Assembly: GCA_963667035.1 (NCBI GenBank)
Contig: OY762964.1
Span: 2,688,001 to 2,752,000 of the forward strand
Direction of reading: 5' to 3'
Length of the DNA: 64,000 bases
Source: Candidatus Cloacimonadales bacterium
GTDB taxonomy: Bacteria; Cloacimonadota; Cloacimonadia; Cloacimonadales; JAFGVF01
The position numbers and the translations under genes are program-made. Numbering within the stretch: the first letter of the stretch is position 1; every line of letters begins with the position of its first letter. The notes beneath the pieces are model-generated. The model had not been told where the DNA came from and searched no databases. It saw nothing but the letters and a program-made list of their open reading frames with translations. Of this stretch, positions 38,289 to 47,310 are shown one piece after another.

Positions 38289-40583
38289 TTACTTCTCTGT
38301 TGGTACTACAATTCCCTTGATAATAATGTTCTGGAAGAATATAAACACCAAGAATGTTGGAATTGCAGCAATAACAAGAGCGGCAAACCCAACCCCTGGA
38401 GCTGCTCTTTGCATTAATTGGTAAATACTTACCATCATCGTCCACATAGATTTATCTTGGCAGACAATAAAAGCAAACATGAAGTTTCTGTATGCTGCAT
38501 TAAAAGCACTTAAGGCAATAACAGCCATTATTGGTTTTGAAAGTTGCATAGCTATCTGCCAGAAAAGTCTACTCTCACTAGCTCCGTCTACTGTGGCACT
38601 TTCAAATAATTCTTGTGGCAGAGAATCGAAAAATCCTTTTAAAAGAAAGATAAAATAGCCATCGGCTAGCCCGGGTAAAATAAGAGCCCAAAATGTGTTC
38701 AGCATACCCAGTCTTTTTAATATAAGGAAATTTGGTATTCCCATGACCATTGGAGGGAAAGCCATAGTTAACATCAAAACAAGAATAATCTTATATGCAG
38801 AAGGAAGTTTGAAGCGACTAAGGGCATAGGCTGCTAAAGGATTAACTATTAAAGCAGAAATGATAGCTAATGAAACATAGATAAATGTGTTAAACATTGC
38901 TCTTCCATTATAGAACATTTCATTTAGAACCATAGCATAATTTCTTATAAGATGTTCTCTAAAGATAGCGGGTTTAGTATCTTTGAAATTAAGATAATCT
39001 ATTGTTTGCCAATCAATATTAACATGAGTAAAATCAGAATATACCAGCTTATAAGTTTGATTAATAGTCTCAATGTCTCCGTATTTTTCCTTTAAGTAAC
39101 TAATCCAATTAACTTGCTCCCTGTCTACGTTAACCTCTAAGAATAGTTCAGGCATAGCATTTTTTATAAAGAAGAGCCATTCTCTTTTGTAACTCTCTTT
39201 AATCGGTACGATTTGACTTGGATATATATCATGCTCAGATTTATAACTTGTCCCAAACTCTTTATTCATTCGCTCCAAATCTATTGAATTCCCGTCTATA
39301 GGAAATCTCTTCTTTATATAGTTTATAAAGCTGATTTGAGCACGAGGATTAACGCTTATATTGTTAACATTTGCATAGTTTTTCACAAAATCTTCCCAGT
39401 CTGCAGATATGAATGTGTTTCCGTTAGGGAATTCAGAGCTTAACGCTATATCATTAAAGCTATTAAATCCCTTTTCATACCGTTGATTCAGTTGGGTAAT
39501 ATTGTCATATTTGTTCTTCAACCATTCACGATATCTGTATTCAATACCGATAATGTAAATATCATCAGGAGAGGCTATTGACTCAATAAAGAATGTCCAA
39601 TCTACAAGTAATGCTCCTGATGTAGGAAGCTTATCATGTATTGTTATCTCTGAGAATTTTGCATAATCAGATGAATACGTTCGATTAAGTAGTTCTATAT
39701 CATCATATTTTTCTTTAAGAAAGTTCTGATATTGAGAGATTGCAGAATCCTTAACTCTAAGGTGATGTACATTGAGTGATTTCTTAACAAAATGATCCCA
39801 ATACTTTTGGAGTTTTCCGCTTGGTCTATACATTGGAGTCACGAATTCACCCCATTCAGAAAGATTTAGTCCTAACTGAGCATTGGTGTGTTCAAGGTCA
39901 TTTTGGAAGGCTGGTATGAGTTCATTTGAAACGAAATAACCGTCTATATCAGCATATACTCTCTGCTCATAAGGAACTGCTTTACTGAATTCATTAAATC
40001 TTTGCGTAATGCCTCTAAAATCACCTGAAAAGCTTCTAGAAAGAATGTCTTTAATCTCAATATTGATTTCATCCCATGATTGAACGGAGGAATTATACTT
40101 CTTATTGTATTCCTCCAGAGAATTGTTATTCTCTTTTTTCACAGTTTGCCTAAATCTTCTGTTATTGTATGGTTCAATACTCCTTCCGAAGGATTCAGAC
40201 AAATAGTAATCAAATTGATCATGATTCTTTCCTTCAAGTTTTAGAAACTCATTCCAATCATCACGCTTAATATTGATTGGATCGCTAACTGTTTTAACAA
40301 ACTCAAAGGAAAGAAATCTGTGACCATATACTTCGTTCATGAGATTGGTCTCTTCGTTCATTCTGGACTCAATATGCTTCTTATAGAGCATTTCCTCATT
40401 ATAGAAGTATTTTGGGATTATACTGAAGTATTTAGAATCAACATTGCTTTTAAAAGAAGCAGAAACCATTATCAGAAACGGATATATCATAGTAATTGCT
40501 CCTAAAAGCAATATAAAATGTATAGTTCCGTTTAAAGCTCTAACTTTAAATGTTTTTCTGCCGACTCTTCCTATTATGGGCAT
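38289..40583 (-). CDS. Carbohydrate ABC permease (MalG-type) with a roughly 500-aa extracytoplasmic insertion
   Basis: TM1 IYPFLIMVSASFK; C-terminal AAYALSR, LPQELFESATVDGAS (EAA loop), P...F..FQ..II.G. Confidence 0.85.
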   Translation of the reverse strand: MPIIGRVGRKTFKVRALNGTIHFILLLGAITMIYPFLIMVSASFKSNVDSKYFSIIPKYFYNEEMLYKKHIESRMNEETNLMNEVYGHRFLSFEFVKTVSDPINIKRDDWNEFLKLEGKNHDQFDYYLSESFGRSIEPYNNRRFRQTVKKENNNSLEEYNKKYNSSVQSWDEINIEIKDILSRSFSGDFRGITQRFNEFSKAVPYEQRVYADIDGYFVSNELIPAFQNDLEHTNAQLGLNLSEWGEFVTPMYRPSGKLQKYWDHFVKKSLNVHHLRVKDSAISQYQNFLKEKYDDIELLNRTYSSDYAKFSEITIHDKLPTSGALLVDWTFFIESIASPDDIYIIGIEYRYREWLKNKYDNITQLNQRYEKGFNSFNDIALSSEFPNGNTFISADWEDFVKNYANVNNISVNPRAQISFINYIKKRFPIDGNSIDLERMNKEFGTSYKSEHDIYPSQIVPIKESYKREWLFFIKNAMPELFLEVNVDREQVNWISYLKEKYGDIETINQTYKLVYSDFTHVNIDWQTIDYLNFKDTKPAIFREHLIRNYAMVLNEMFYNGRAMFNTFIYVSLAIISALIVNPLAAYALSRFKLPSAYKIILVLMLTMAFPPMVMGIPNFLILKRLGMLNTFWALILPGLADGYFIFLLKGFFDSLPQELFESATVDGASESRLFWQIAMQLSKPIMAVIALSAFNAAYRNFMFAFIVCQDKSMWTMMVSIYQLMQRAAPGVGFAALVIAAIPTFLVFIFFQNIIIKGIVVPTEK

Positions 40584-40592
40584 TATCCAACC

Positions 40593-41030
40593 TTAATCTC
40601 TATTTTCTTTGAAAGACTCCCTACCATCAGGTTCAAAGAATTGTGAATATTTAAATCTGTCTTCACTGTTAATAACATCGATGAATTTTCTCATTTCTTC
40701 TTTTGATAACTCTGATTTCTTACCTAATTCATCATATGCGGTGCTGTTAGGAACTGAATTCTTATAGAAATACAGATGTACTCTTGCATCACTATGAAAC
40801 TCATGTTTTTCCCTTCCGAATTTCTTCAATGTAGTCTGAGGGAATTCCTTCTCTCCATCATATTCAAAAACATAGATATACATTTCATCGCCAGGATAAT
40901 GATAATCACTCATTCCATGCACATAATAGACAGTATTAACAAAATCATCAGAGTAATAAACATCTTCTTTTTTACTGCATCCCACCAATAAAACCATTAC
41001 GACGAATACTAATAATAGTAATTTTTTCAT
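40593..41030 (-). CDS. Hypothetical lipoprotein
   Basis: MKKLLLLVFVVMVLLVGC lipobox; RBS AGGAGGA. Confidence 0.75.
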   Translation of the reverse strand: MKKLLLLVFVVMVLLVGCSKKEDVYYSDDFVNTVYYVHGMSDYHYPGDEMYIYVFEYDGEKEFPQTTLKKFGREKHEFHSDARVHLYFYKNSVPNSTAYDELGKKSELSKEEMRKFIDVINSEDRFKYSQFFEPDGRESFKENRD

Positions 41031-41084
41031 AACCAAATCCTCCTGAATTGATTCAATTTATTTAATGAATCTGCCTGTATTAAA

Positions 41085-43547
41085 TTAATTTTTAGATGTA
41101 TCTACAGTCCTAAATTCCATATTCTTCAACTTCTTAAGTTGAATAATTGTGAATCCCATCAGCATCATTCCTAGCATCCAGGCCATTGTAGTAGCGATAC
41201 CGAATTTCAGATATAGATATGCTCTTTCGAAGATTAATAGATCTGCTACTTTTGTGGCTTCATTAGGTCCACCAAAAGTCATTACTAATATAAAACCACT
41301 TTGTTGAGCCGAAGCGATAAATGCAGCAATAAATTGCATTATTATCAATGCTTTTAAGCTAGGAACAACAATATGAGAAAGTTTCTGGAAAAAGTTTGCT
41401 CCATCAATATCAGCAGCATCATAAAGGTCATCAGGGATACCCTTTAAAGCTGCTAGATAAATAAGACATCCCGGTCCTACTCCTGCCCAGATTGACGGTA
41501 TTACCGTGCAAAGCATAGCTAAAGATTCATCTTTAATCCACTTACTTTTTTCAAGTCCAAGCCACATCAAAATCTGGTTAAGACCACCGGCATCGGAGGG
41601 ATCATAAAGCAATTTCCACAAATATATAACGATCACACCGCTTACAACAGCAGGCAGATAGTAAATAACTCTATAAACTATTTTCCCATGAGAGACTTCT
41701 TGAAGAAGAATAGCCAATATAATTGGAGGACAGAATCCCAATCCAAGAGATAAAGCCATATAATAGAGAGTTCTCCATAAAGAAGCCCACCAAACTGGAT
41801 CAAACAATACGTCCGCAAAGTTTTGTAATCCTATCCATTCGGATGCTCCGACAAGTTGATAATCTTGGAATGCCATCATAGAACCCATTAGAACAGGAAT
41901 ATATTTCCAAAGTATTATAGATACTAAAGCTGGCAATATCATTAAATACGGTAACCATCGCATGCGGTTTTTCTTTTTTACAGACCAAGTCTGATCTGGT
42001 GTAAAGTATCTCCAAATGTGGATTAAGGCAGCTATAAAGGCTGCGAAAATAATTATGGCAATGACAACTGCTATATTGTTTCTTTTCTTTCTTTCTTCCA
42101 GAGATATCTTACCGATCATCTCCTTATTAGTTCTCATTGCACCTTTATCGAGAAGCTCTTTTATCTTTTCTCTTTTTTCTTCTGTATTATTTCCAAGTTC
42201 ACCGTTTTCTTCCAAAGATATACACTTTTCAACAGGCACGGTCATGAATTCATATACTTTCTGAGTATTACGTCCATAAGGCTCAGGTTTACCGTTTTCA
42301 ATCGCTTCTTCAAATGTTTCAATCCAACCTTTCGGTACATACTTTAAGTATTCGTCATAGCCGTATCTCTTTAAATAGAGTGGATTTTGAAGTTTACCGT
42401 ATCCGGCTTCTATCATCACTTTGATTCTTATCTTTCTAGCTTCTTCACTATCAAAGAATTTTATGTATTTGAAAGCGGCATCTTTTACTTTGTAAGAATC
42501 TCTATCGCCTAGACCTGCATTATTACTTTCTCCTGCTCCTGCAAAAATACCCATCATTCTGCAATTTATTTCAGACCCTCTTACGCCTGTTGGACCTAAA
42601 GGGCATGGTGCAAGCCCATAAAGATTAGGGTCAAGATTTCCACCTAGGGATTGTTGATTCATATATCCCATCTTCATCCCTATTTTCCCTTCATCCCAAT
42701 TACGAGCCCAATCACCTTCTCTTATAACAAAGCCTTTTTGAGGATTGCCTGAAGAATCTGTCCATTTAGTAGTAAGAAGCTTTAAGTAATACTCCATTGC
42801 CATTACACCGGCATCTGAGTTAAAAGCAGCTAGCCATTCTCCTGAGTCAGGATCTTGAACAACGGCTTCTCCTCCTGCACTCCAAAGATATGTTATCCAG
42901 TCATAGGCTGCTTGAGGACCAGAAGCTAAATACATTCCGAAAATTCCCTCTTCGGGAATTGTCATTTGTCTGGAAAAACTAAGTAATTCATCCCAATCTT
43001 TGGGAGGATGATTAGGATCAAGACCTACACGCCCGAAAAGGTCTTTTCTATACATTAAAACTCTTACCAATGTCTCGTAAGGTAGACACCAGAAATGCTC
43101 TTCAGTTTCACCATATTTTTTACGTTTTACAACCGGCATTACAGGTTTCTCAATTCTTAGTTTAAGTTCTTCTTCCGTAAACTCGTCCATGAACTCGTCT
43201 AAGGGATAGAGAAAGTTACTTTCAATGTAAGTAGCTGATTGTCTAAAGTTAACGTATATGATATCCGGAGATACTCCTCCGGCAATAGCCATCAATGGTC
43301 CGGCATCCAGATCCATATTCTCGATTCTTATTCCTGAATATGAACGTAATTCTATCCAAGGATACTTTTTCTGAAAGGCTTTTACAACTTCTAGATTGGC
43401 TTTATTGTAAGGACTATTGTCTCGTGGGTCGGGAAGGTCAAAGACTTTTACAATAACTTTGTTCTGCGAACTGCCGGTTGTGGCTGAGAGAGTTGTAAAC
43501 AGTATTATTATTACAACCAGGGCAAGAACTGCCTTGGAAATCCTCAT
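41085..43547 (-). CDS. Sugar-binding protein fused to MalF-type permease
   Basis: Signal peptide; SBP family-1 features (IAGG..PDI, LMYRKDLF...GLDP..PPK.WDEL); C-terminal permease WIGLQNF, YYLPAV, YLAALKGIPDDLYDAADIDGA. Confidence 0.85.
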   Translation of the reverse strand: MRISKAVLALVVIIILFTTLSATTGSSQNKVIVKVFDLPDPRDNSPYNKANLEVVKAFQKKYPWIELRSYSGIRIENMDLDAGPLMAIAGGVSPDIIYVNFRQSATYIESNFLYPLDEFMDEFTEEELKLRIEKPVMPVVKRKKYGETEEHFWCLPYETLVRVLMYRKDLFGRVGLDPNHPPKDWDELLSFSRQMTIPEEGIFGMYLASGPQAAYDWITYLWSAGGEAVVQDPDSGEWLAAFNSDAGVMAMEYYLKLLTTKWTDSSGNPQKGFVIREGDWARNWDEGKIGMKMGYMNQQSLGGNLDPNLYGLAPCPLGPTGVRGSEINCRMMGIFAGAGESNNAGLGDRDSYKVKDAAFKYIKFFDSEEARKIRIKVMIEAGYGKLQNPLYLKRYGYDEYLKYVPKGWIETFEEAIENGKPEPYGRNTQKVYEFMTVPVEKCISLEENGELGNNTEEKREKIKELLDKGAMRTNKEMIGKISLEERKKRNNIAVVIAIIIFAAFIAALIHIWRYFTPDQTWSVKKKNRMRWLPYLMILPALVSIILWKYIPVLMGSMMAFQDYQLVGASEWIGLQNFADVLFDPVWWASLWRTLYYMALSLGLGFCPPIILAILLQEVSHGKIVYRVIYYLPAVVSGVIVIYLWKLLYDPSDAGGLNQILMWLGLEKSKWIKDESLAMLCTVIPSIWAGVGPGCLIYLAALKGIPDDLYDAADIDGANFFQKLSHIVVPSLKALIIMQFIAAFIASAQQSGFILVMTFGGPNEATKVADLLIFERAYLYLKFGIATTMAWMLGMMLMGFTIIQLKKLKNMEFRTVDTSKN

Positions 43548-43801
43548 CAATAAATCCTCATTTTAAAATATTTGACATGCAGAATATTAAGTTTATAGTA
43601 ATCAAGAGATTATGCTTATATTCTCCAAATTGCTCTAAATATGTTTATTGTTTTTATTTGTGTCAACTAATATCTGGGATTTTGTTCCAACTTATTGCAT
43701 GAATACTATAACATATTCCAAAATATACAATTAGAAGTTGATATTAATTAAAGAATCAGTTAGATATTGTAGTATAATTATTGAGATTAATTCAATATGA
43801 G

Positions 43802-44527
43802 TTAATCAACTACTTTTATAATCTCTATAGCTTTATCCAGATCATGTTGAGTATCAATACCAATGCCTTGGTAGTCGGTCTTCACCATACGGATTTTTAT
43901 ACCGTTCTCCAATAATCTTAATTGCTCTAGTTTTTCAATTAGTTCAAGTTTGCCTTGATTAAGCTTAACAAATAAGCCTAGAGTATCTTTTCTAAAAGCA
44001 TATACTCCAATATGTCTATACGAAGTAAACTCGACAGCATCCCTAGAATAAGGCAATGGTGAGCGACTAAAGTATAGTGCATTGTTATTGTTATCGCAAA
44101 CAACTTTCACACAATTTGGATTTGAGTAATCCGTTTCATTAGCAATTTGTGTCATTAAGGAAGCAACTTCAACTTCAGGGTCTTTAAAAGCTTCAAGTAG
44201 TTCCGAGAGAGTTTTATCATCTATAAATGGCTCATCACCTTGCACATTCACGATAACATCGCAATCTTTACTTCTTGATGCCTCAAACACTCTGTCTGTT
44301 CCGCTTTTACAATCGGAAGAAGTCATTACGCTTTGACCATGAAAAGAGCTTACTTCATTTGCAATTCTAGTGTCATCGGTAGCGACAATTATTTCATCAA
44401 AGAGCTTTGTTGATACTACAGCTTCATATACTCTATGAATCATAGTCTTACCACAAATATCCTTAAGGGGCTTACCCGGTAAACGAGTAGATTCATATCG
44501 AGCGGGAATAACAGCTATTGCTTTCAT
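43802..44527 (-). CDS. kdsB: 3-deoxy-manno-octulosonate cytidylyltransferase (CMP-KDO synthetase)
   Basis: IPARYESTRLPGKPL, SGTDR, VNVQGDEP, YFSRS, LEQLR. Confidence 0.95.
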   Translation of the reverse strand: MKAIAVIPARYESTRLPGKPLKDICGKTMIHRVYEAVVSTKLFDEIIVATDDTRIANEVSSFHGQSVMTSSDCKSGTDRVFEASRSKDCDVIVNVQGDEPFIDDKTLSELLEAFKDPEVEVASLMTQIANETDYSNPNCVKVVCDNNNNALYFSRSPLPYSRDAVEFTSYRHIGVYAFRKDTLGLFVKLNQGKLELIEKLEQLRLLENGIKIRMVKTDYQGIGIDTQHDLDKAIEIIKVVD

Positions 44528-44537
44528 TGCGACCTCA

Positions 44538-46376
44538 TTATTTCAAATGCTTTTTCTTTTTAAGATATATCATTAATGCAGACACATCTGTGAAATTAAC
44601 TCCTGAAATCCTCATCACTTGACCCATATTTCTCGGTTGTATCTTCATCATTTTCTCTCGTGCTTCATAGGAGATTGATTGTATTTCCATGAAATCCAAA
44701 TCAGGGGGGATATCCATGTTTTCCATTTTAGTGTATTTATCAATATCGGCTAATTGTCTTTTAAGATAGCCTTCATATTTACATTCCAATGAAAGTTTTC
44801 TTATGACTTCATCGGTTACATCATTAGGCTTTTTATAGCCGAATCTCTGTAAATCGTCAAAACTATAATCGGGACGTTTGAGTATTTGATATAGTTTTAC
44901 GGGCTCTGCTAATTCAGCTGATTTTGTAGACTTCCTGTTTCTTAGAAACTCCATTTCTCTATTCTTAACTTCCATCACTTTTTTGTATCTGTTCCATCTA
45001 GTATCTGAAACAAGTCCCAGTTTATAACCAGTTTGCATCAATCTTTCATCTGCATTGTCTTGTCTGAGGAAGAGTCTATATTCAGCTCTGGAAGTGAATA
45101 ATCTGTAAGGTTCGGTTGTTCCTTTAGTGACGAGGTCGTCAAGTAGAACTCCAATATAAGAGTTGGAACGGTCAAAAATCAAAGGATCTTTTTTATCTAG
45201 TGATAACACTGCATTTATACCGGCTGAAAAGCCTTGTGCCGCAGCTTCTTCGTAACCGGAAGTTCCGTTAATCTGCCCTGCGAGATATAGTCCTTCAATT
45301 TTCTTTGTTTCCATAGTAACTTTGATTTCTGAAGGAACAACATAGTCGTATTCTATTGCATAGCCATAACGCATAATAGTAGCTTTTTCCAATCCCGGTA
45401 TAGTTTGAAGCATTTTCTGCTGTATATAGGGAGGAAGACTGTTTGAGACTCCATTCACATAAGCCTCAAATGTGTTTACACCTTCCGGTTCAATAAACAC
45501 ATGATGACGGTCTTTTCCTGTAAACTTCACAATCTTATCTTCAATAGAGGGACAATATCTGGGTCCTGTTCCGGATATAAAGCCACCGTAGAGAGAGGAG
45601 TACTTAAGATTATCAGAAATCACTTTATGTGTTTCCGGATTGGTCCAACTTAAATAACAACTGATATCATTTCTTAATTTTAAATCTCTATAATATGAGA
45701 AGCCTTCCGGGTTTTCATCTCCCGGTTGCTCTTCCACTTTACTTAAATCAACGGTTCTCAAATCTACTCTAGGCGGAGTACCGGTTTTAAAACGCTCAAC
45801 CTGAAAACCTTCTTTTAATAGCCATTCAGATAAACCGTCAGAGGATGGTTCACCGGATCTGCCACCCGGTACATTAATTGATCCTACATGGATAGTTCCC
45901 CTAAGGAAAGTACCGTTTGCCAATATTACTTTAGAAGCATAATATCTTTCACCAATTGATGTAACAACGCCGGCAACTTTCTTGTTATCCAAAATCACTT
46001 CCATAACATCAGATTCAATCAGATGCAGGTTCTTTTGCTTTTCCAAGAATTCTCTCATAACAATAGAATACATTTGTCGGTCATTCTGACTTCTAGGAGC
46101 CCAAACTGCAGGTCCTTTACTTCTGTTCAACATTCTGAACTGGATACCTGTTAAATCGGCAACATGTCCTATCACTCCTCCAAGAGCATCAAGCTCTCTT
46201 GCCAGATGTCCTTTAGCAGGTCCTCCGACTGTCGGATTACAAGACATTCGACCTATGGATTCCATTTTTAGTACAAAGCAGGCAGTGTTTGCACCCATTT
46301 TGGCACTGGCAAGGGCTGCTTCACACCCTGCATGTCCGGCACCAACAACTATTACATCAAATTTATTGCTCATCAT
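44538..46376 (-). CDS. mnmG: tRNA U34 5-carboxymethylaminomethyl modification enzyme
   Basis: [60 protein letters not shown]. Confidence 0.97.
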   Translation of the reverse strand: MMSNKFDVIVVGAGHAGCEAALASAKMGANTACFVLKMESIGRMSCNPTVGGPAKGHLARELDALGGVIGHVADLTGIQFRMLNRSKGPAVWAPRSQNDRQMYSIVMREFLEKQKNLHLIESDVMEVILDNKKVAGVVTSIGERYYASKVILANGTFLRGTIHVGSINVPGGRSGEPSSDGLSEWLLKEGFQVERFKTGTPPRVDLRTVDLSKVEEQPGDENPEGFSYYRDLKLRNDISCYLSWTNPETHKVISDNLKYSSLYGGFISGTGPRYCPSIEDKIVKFTGKDRHHVFIEPEGVNTFEAYVNGVSNSLPPYIQQKMLQTIPGLEKATIMRYGYAIEYDYVVPSEIKVTMETKKIEGLYLAGQINGTSGYEEAAAQGFSAGINAVLSLDKKDPLIFDRSNSYIGVLLDDLVTKGTTEPYRLFTSRAEYRLFLRQDNADERLMQTGYKLGLVSDTRWNRYKKVMEVKNREMEFLRNRKSTKSAELAEPVKLYQILKRPDYSFDDLQRFGYKKPNDVTDEVIRKLSLECKYEGYLKRQLADIDKYTKMENMDIPPDLDFMEIQSISYEAREKMMKIQPRNMGQVMRISGVNFTDVSALMIYLKKKKHLK

Positions 46377-46747
46377 CAAGTTATCCTTAATAAATATATT
46401 TATTACCTATTTAATGATTCTCATTTTATGTCAAGCCGATAGTAAAATACTAGACATCGGTTTGTTACATACAATCTTTAAGGAACAGATACTAATTTGG
46501 TTTTAAATCCGATTTCTTATAATAGTTGTTTTGCTTAACTTTATGTCATAAGTTATATTCACAAACTTTGAGATAGCTTGCATGTTCATGTGTGTAACCT
46601 CCTTTTTATGGTCTATAATATGCTATCATCAAAGAACGTAAAAATCGTGGCAATCCTATGTTTCAGATTACTATCGGAGATAACAAAACTGGATACTTTA
46701 AAGGGTTACCTCCCATATCTTTCTCTGGATATTATGAACATGCTACC

Positions 46748-46901
46748 CCCTCTTTCAACACTCGGGACTCACACGGGAATCTCGCGGGACTCACACGGGA
46801 ATCTCGCGGGACTCTCTCGGGAATCACTCGGGACTTTACCCGAGAAATTCCCGCGAAACTCTCAAACAAATCCCGAATAATTCCCGAGAGTTAAAAGGAG
46901 G
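46748..46901. repeat. Palindromic array of twelve 11-bp units (copy B, inverted relative to copy A)
   Basis: Seven CGGGA(A/C) units (46758-46834), including an exact 22-bp tandem duplication, then five inverted units (46837-46891). Imperfect flanking inverted repeat. Confidence 0.85.
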
Positions 46902-47123
46902 CACAGAAAGTTCTGGGTAGATGAAACGAAAACGAAAGCTGCCTTCAGAATAATCATCTTTCTTTTATTCTTTAGATATGATCTGATGTTAAAACGGTTA
47001 AAGAGTTTATGGAAGAAGTATTAACGTCTATATCCTTAACCTCGAGCATTATGTTTTATAATAATCAGGTTGACATAAGTTAAGAGAGAATAATCTTAGA
47101 TTTAAGTTCTTTGAGAAAGCAAA

Positions 47124-47213
47124 CACGTATTTTGGGGTACTGCTGTTAATCAGTGGTTGAGATCAAACCCATCATACCTGATCCGGATAATGCCGGCGTA
47201 GGGAAAATATGTT
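47124..47213 (+). ncRNA. TPP (thiamine pyrophosphate) riboswitch
   Basis: P1 ACGTATTTT/AAAATATGT; GGGGTAC...GTTGAGA...ACCC; ACCTGATCCGGATAATGCCGGCGTAGGGA. Upstream of a TBDR and an S-component gene. Confidence 0.95.
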
Positions 47214-47225
47214 CGAATAATATTT

Positions 47226-47259
47226 AAACCATATCGTCCACGGCGTTATGGTTTTTTTT
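47226..47259 (+). terminator. Riboswitch expression-platform terminator
   Basis: AAACCATA...TATGGTTT stem with a T-run, between the aptamer and the 47311 start. Confidence 0.75.
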
Positions 47260-47310
47260 ATTCCGCATAATTTTCTCTTCAATTCTCAATGAGAAATTGA
47301 TGGAGGAAAA

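Noticed and set aside
46758..46891. 11-bp arrays as CRISPR arrays
   Set aside because: The units are contiguous with no unique spacers, are too short, and there are no cas genes in the window.
46578..46894. Short ORFs across the arrays (46578-46880, 46658-46894, and 11585-11782)
   Set aside because: They share GLSRESLGxLPEKF only because the DNA repeat is shared. An 11-bp period is not codon-phased, and they lack RBSs.
46380..47100. oriC next to mnmG/gidA
   Set aside because: I saw only scattered mismatched DnaA-box-like 9-mers (e.g. ATATTCACA), with no perfect TTATCCACA cluster and no dnaA. It cannot be excluded without genome-wide skew.
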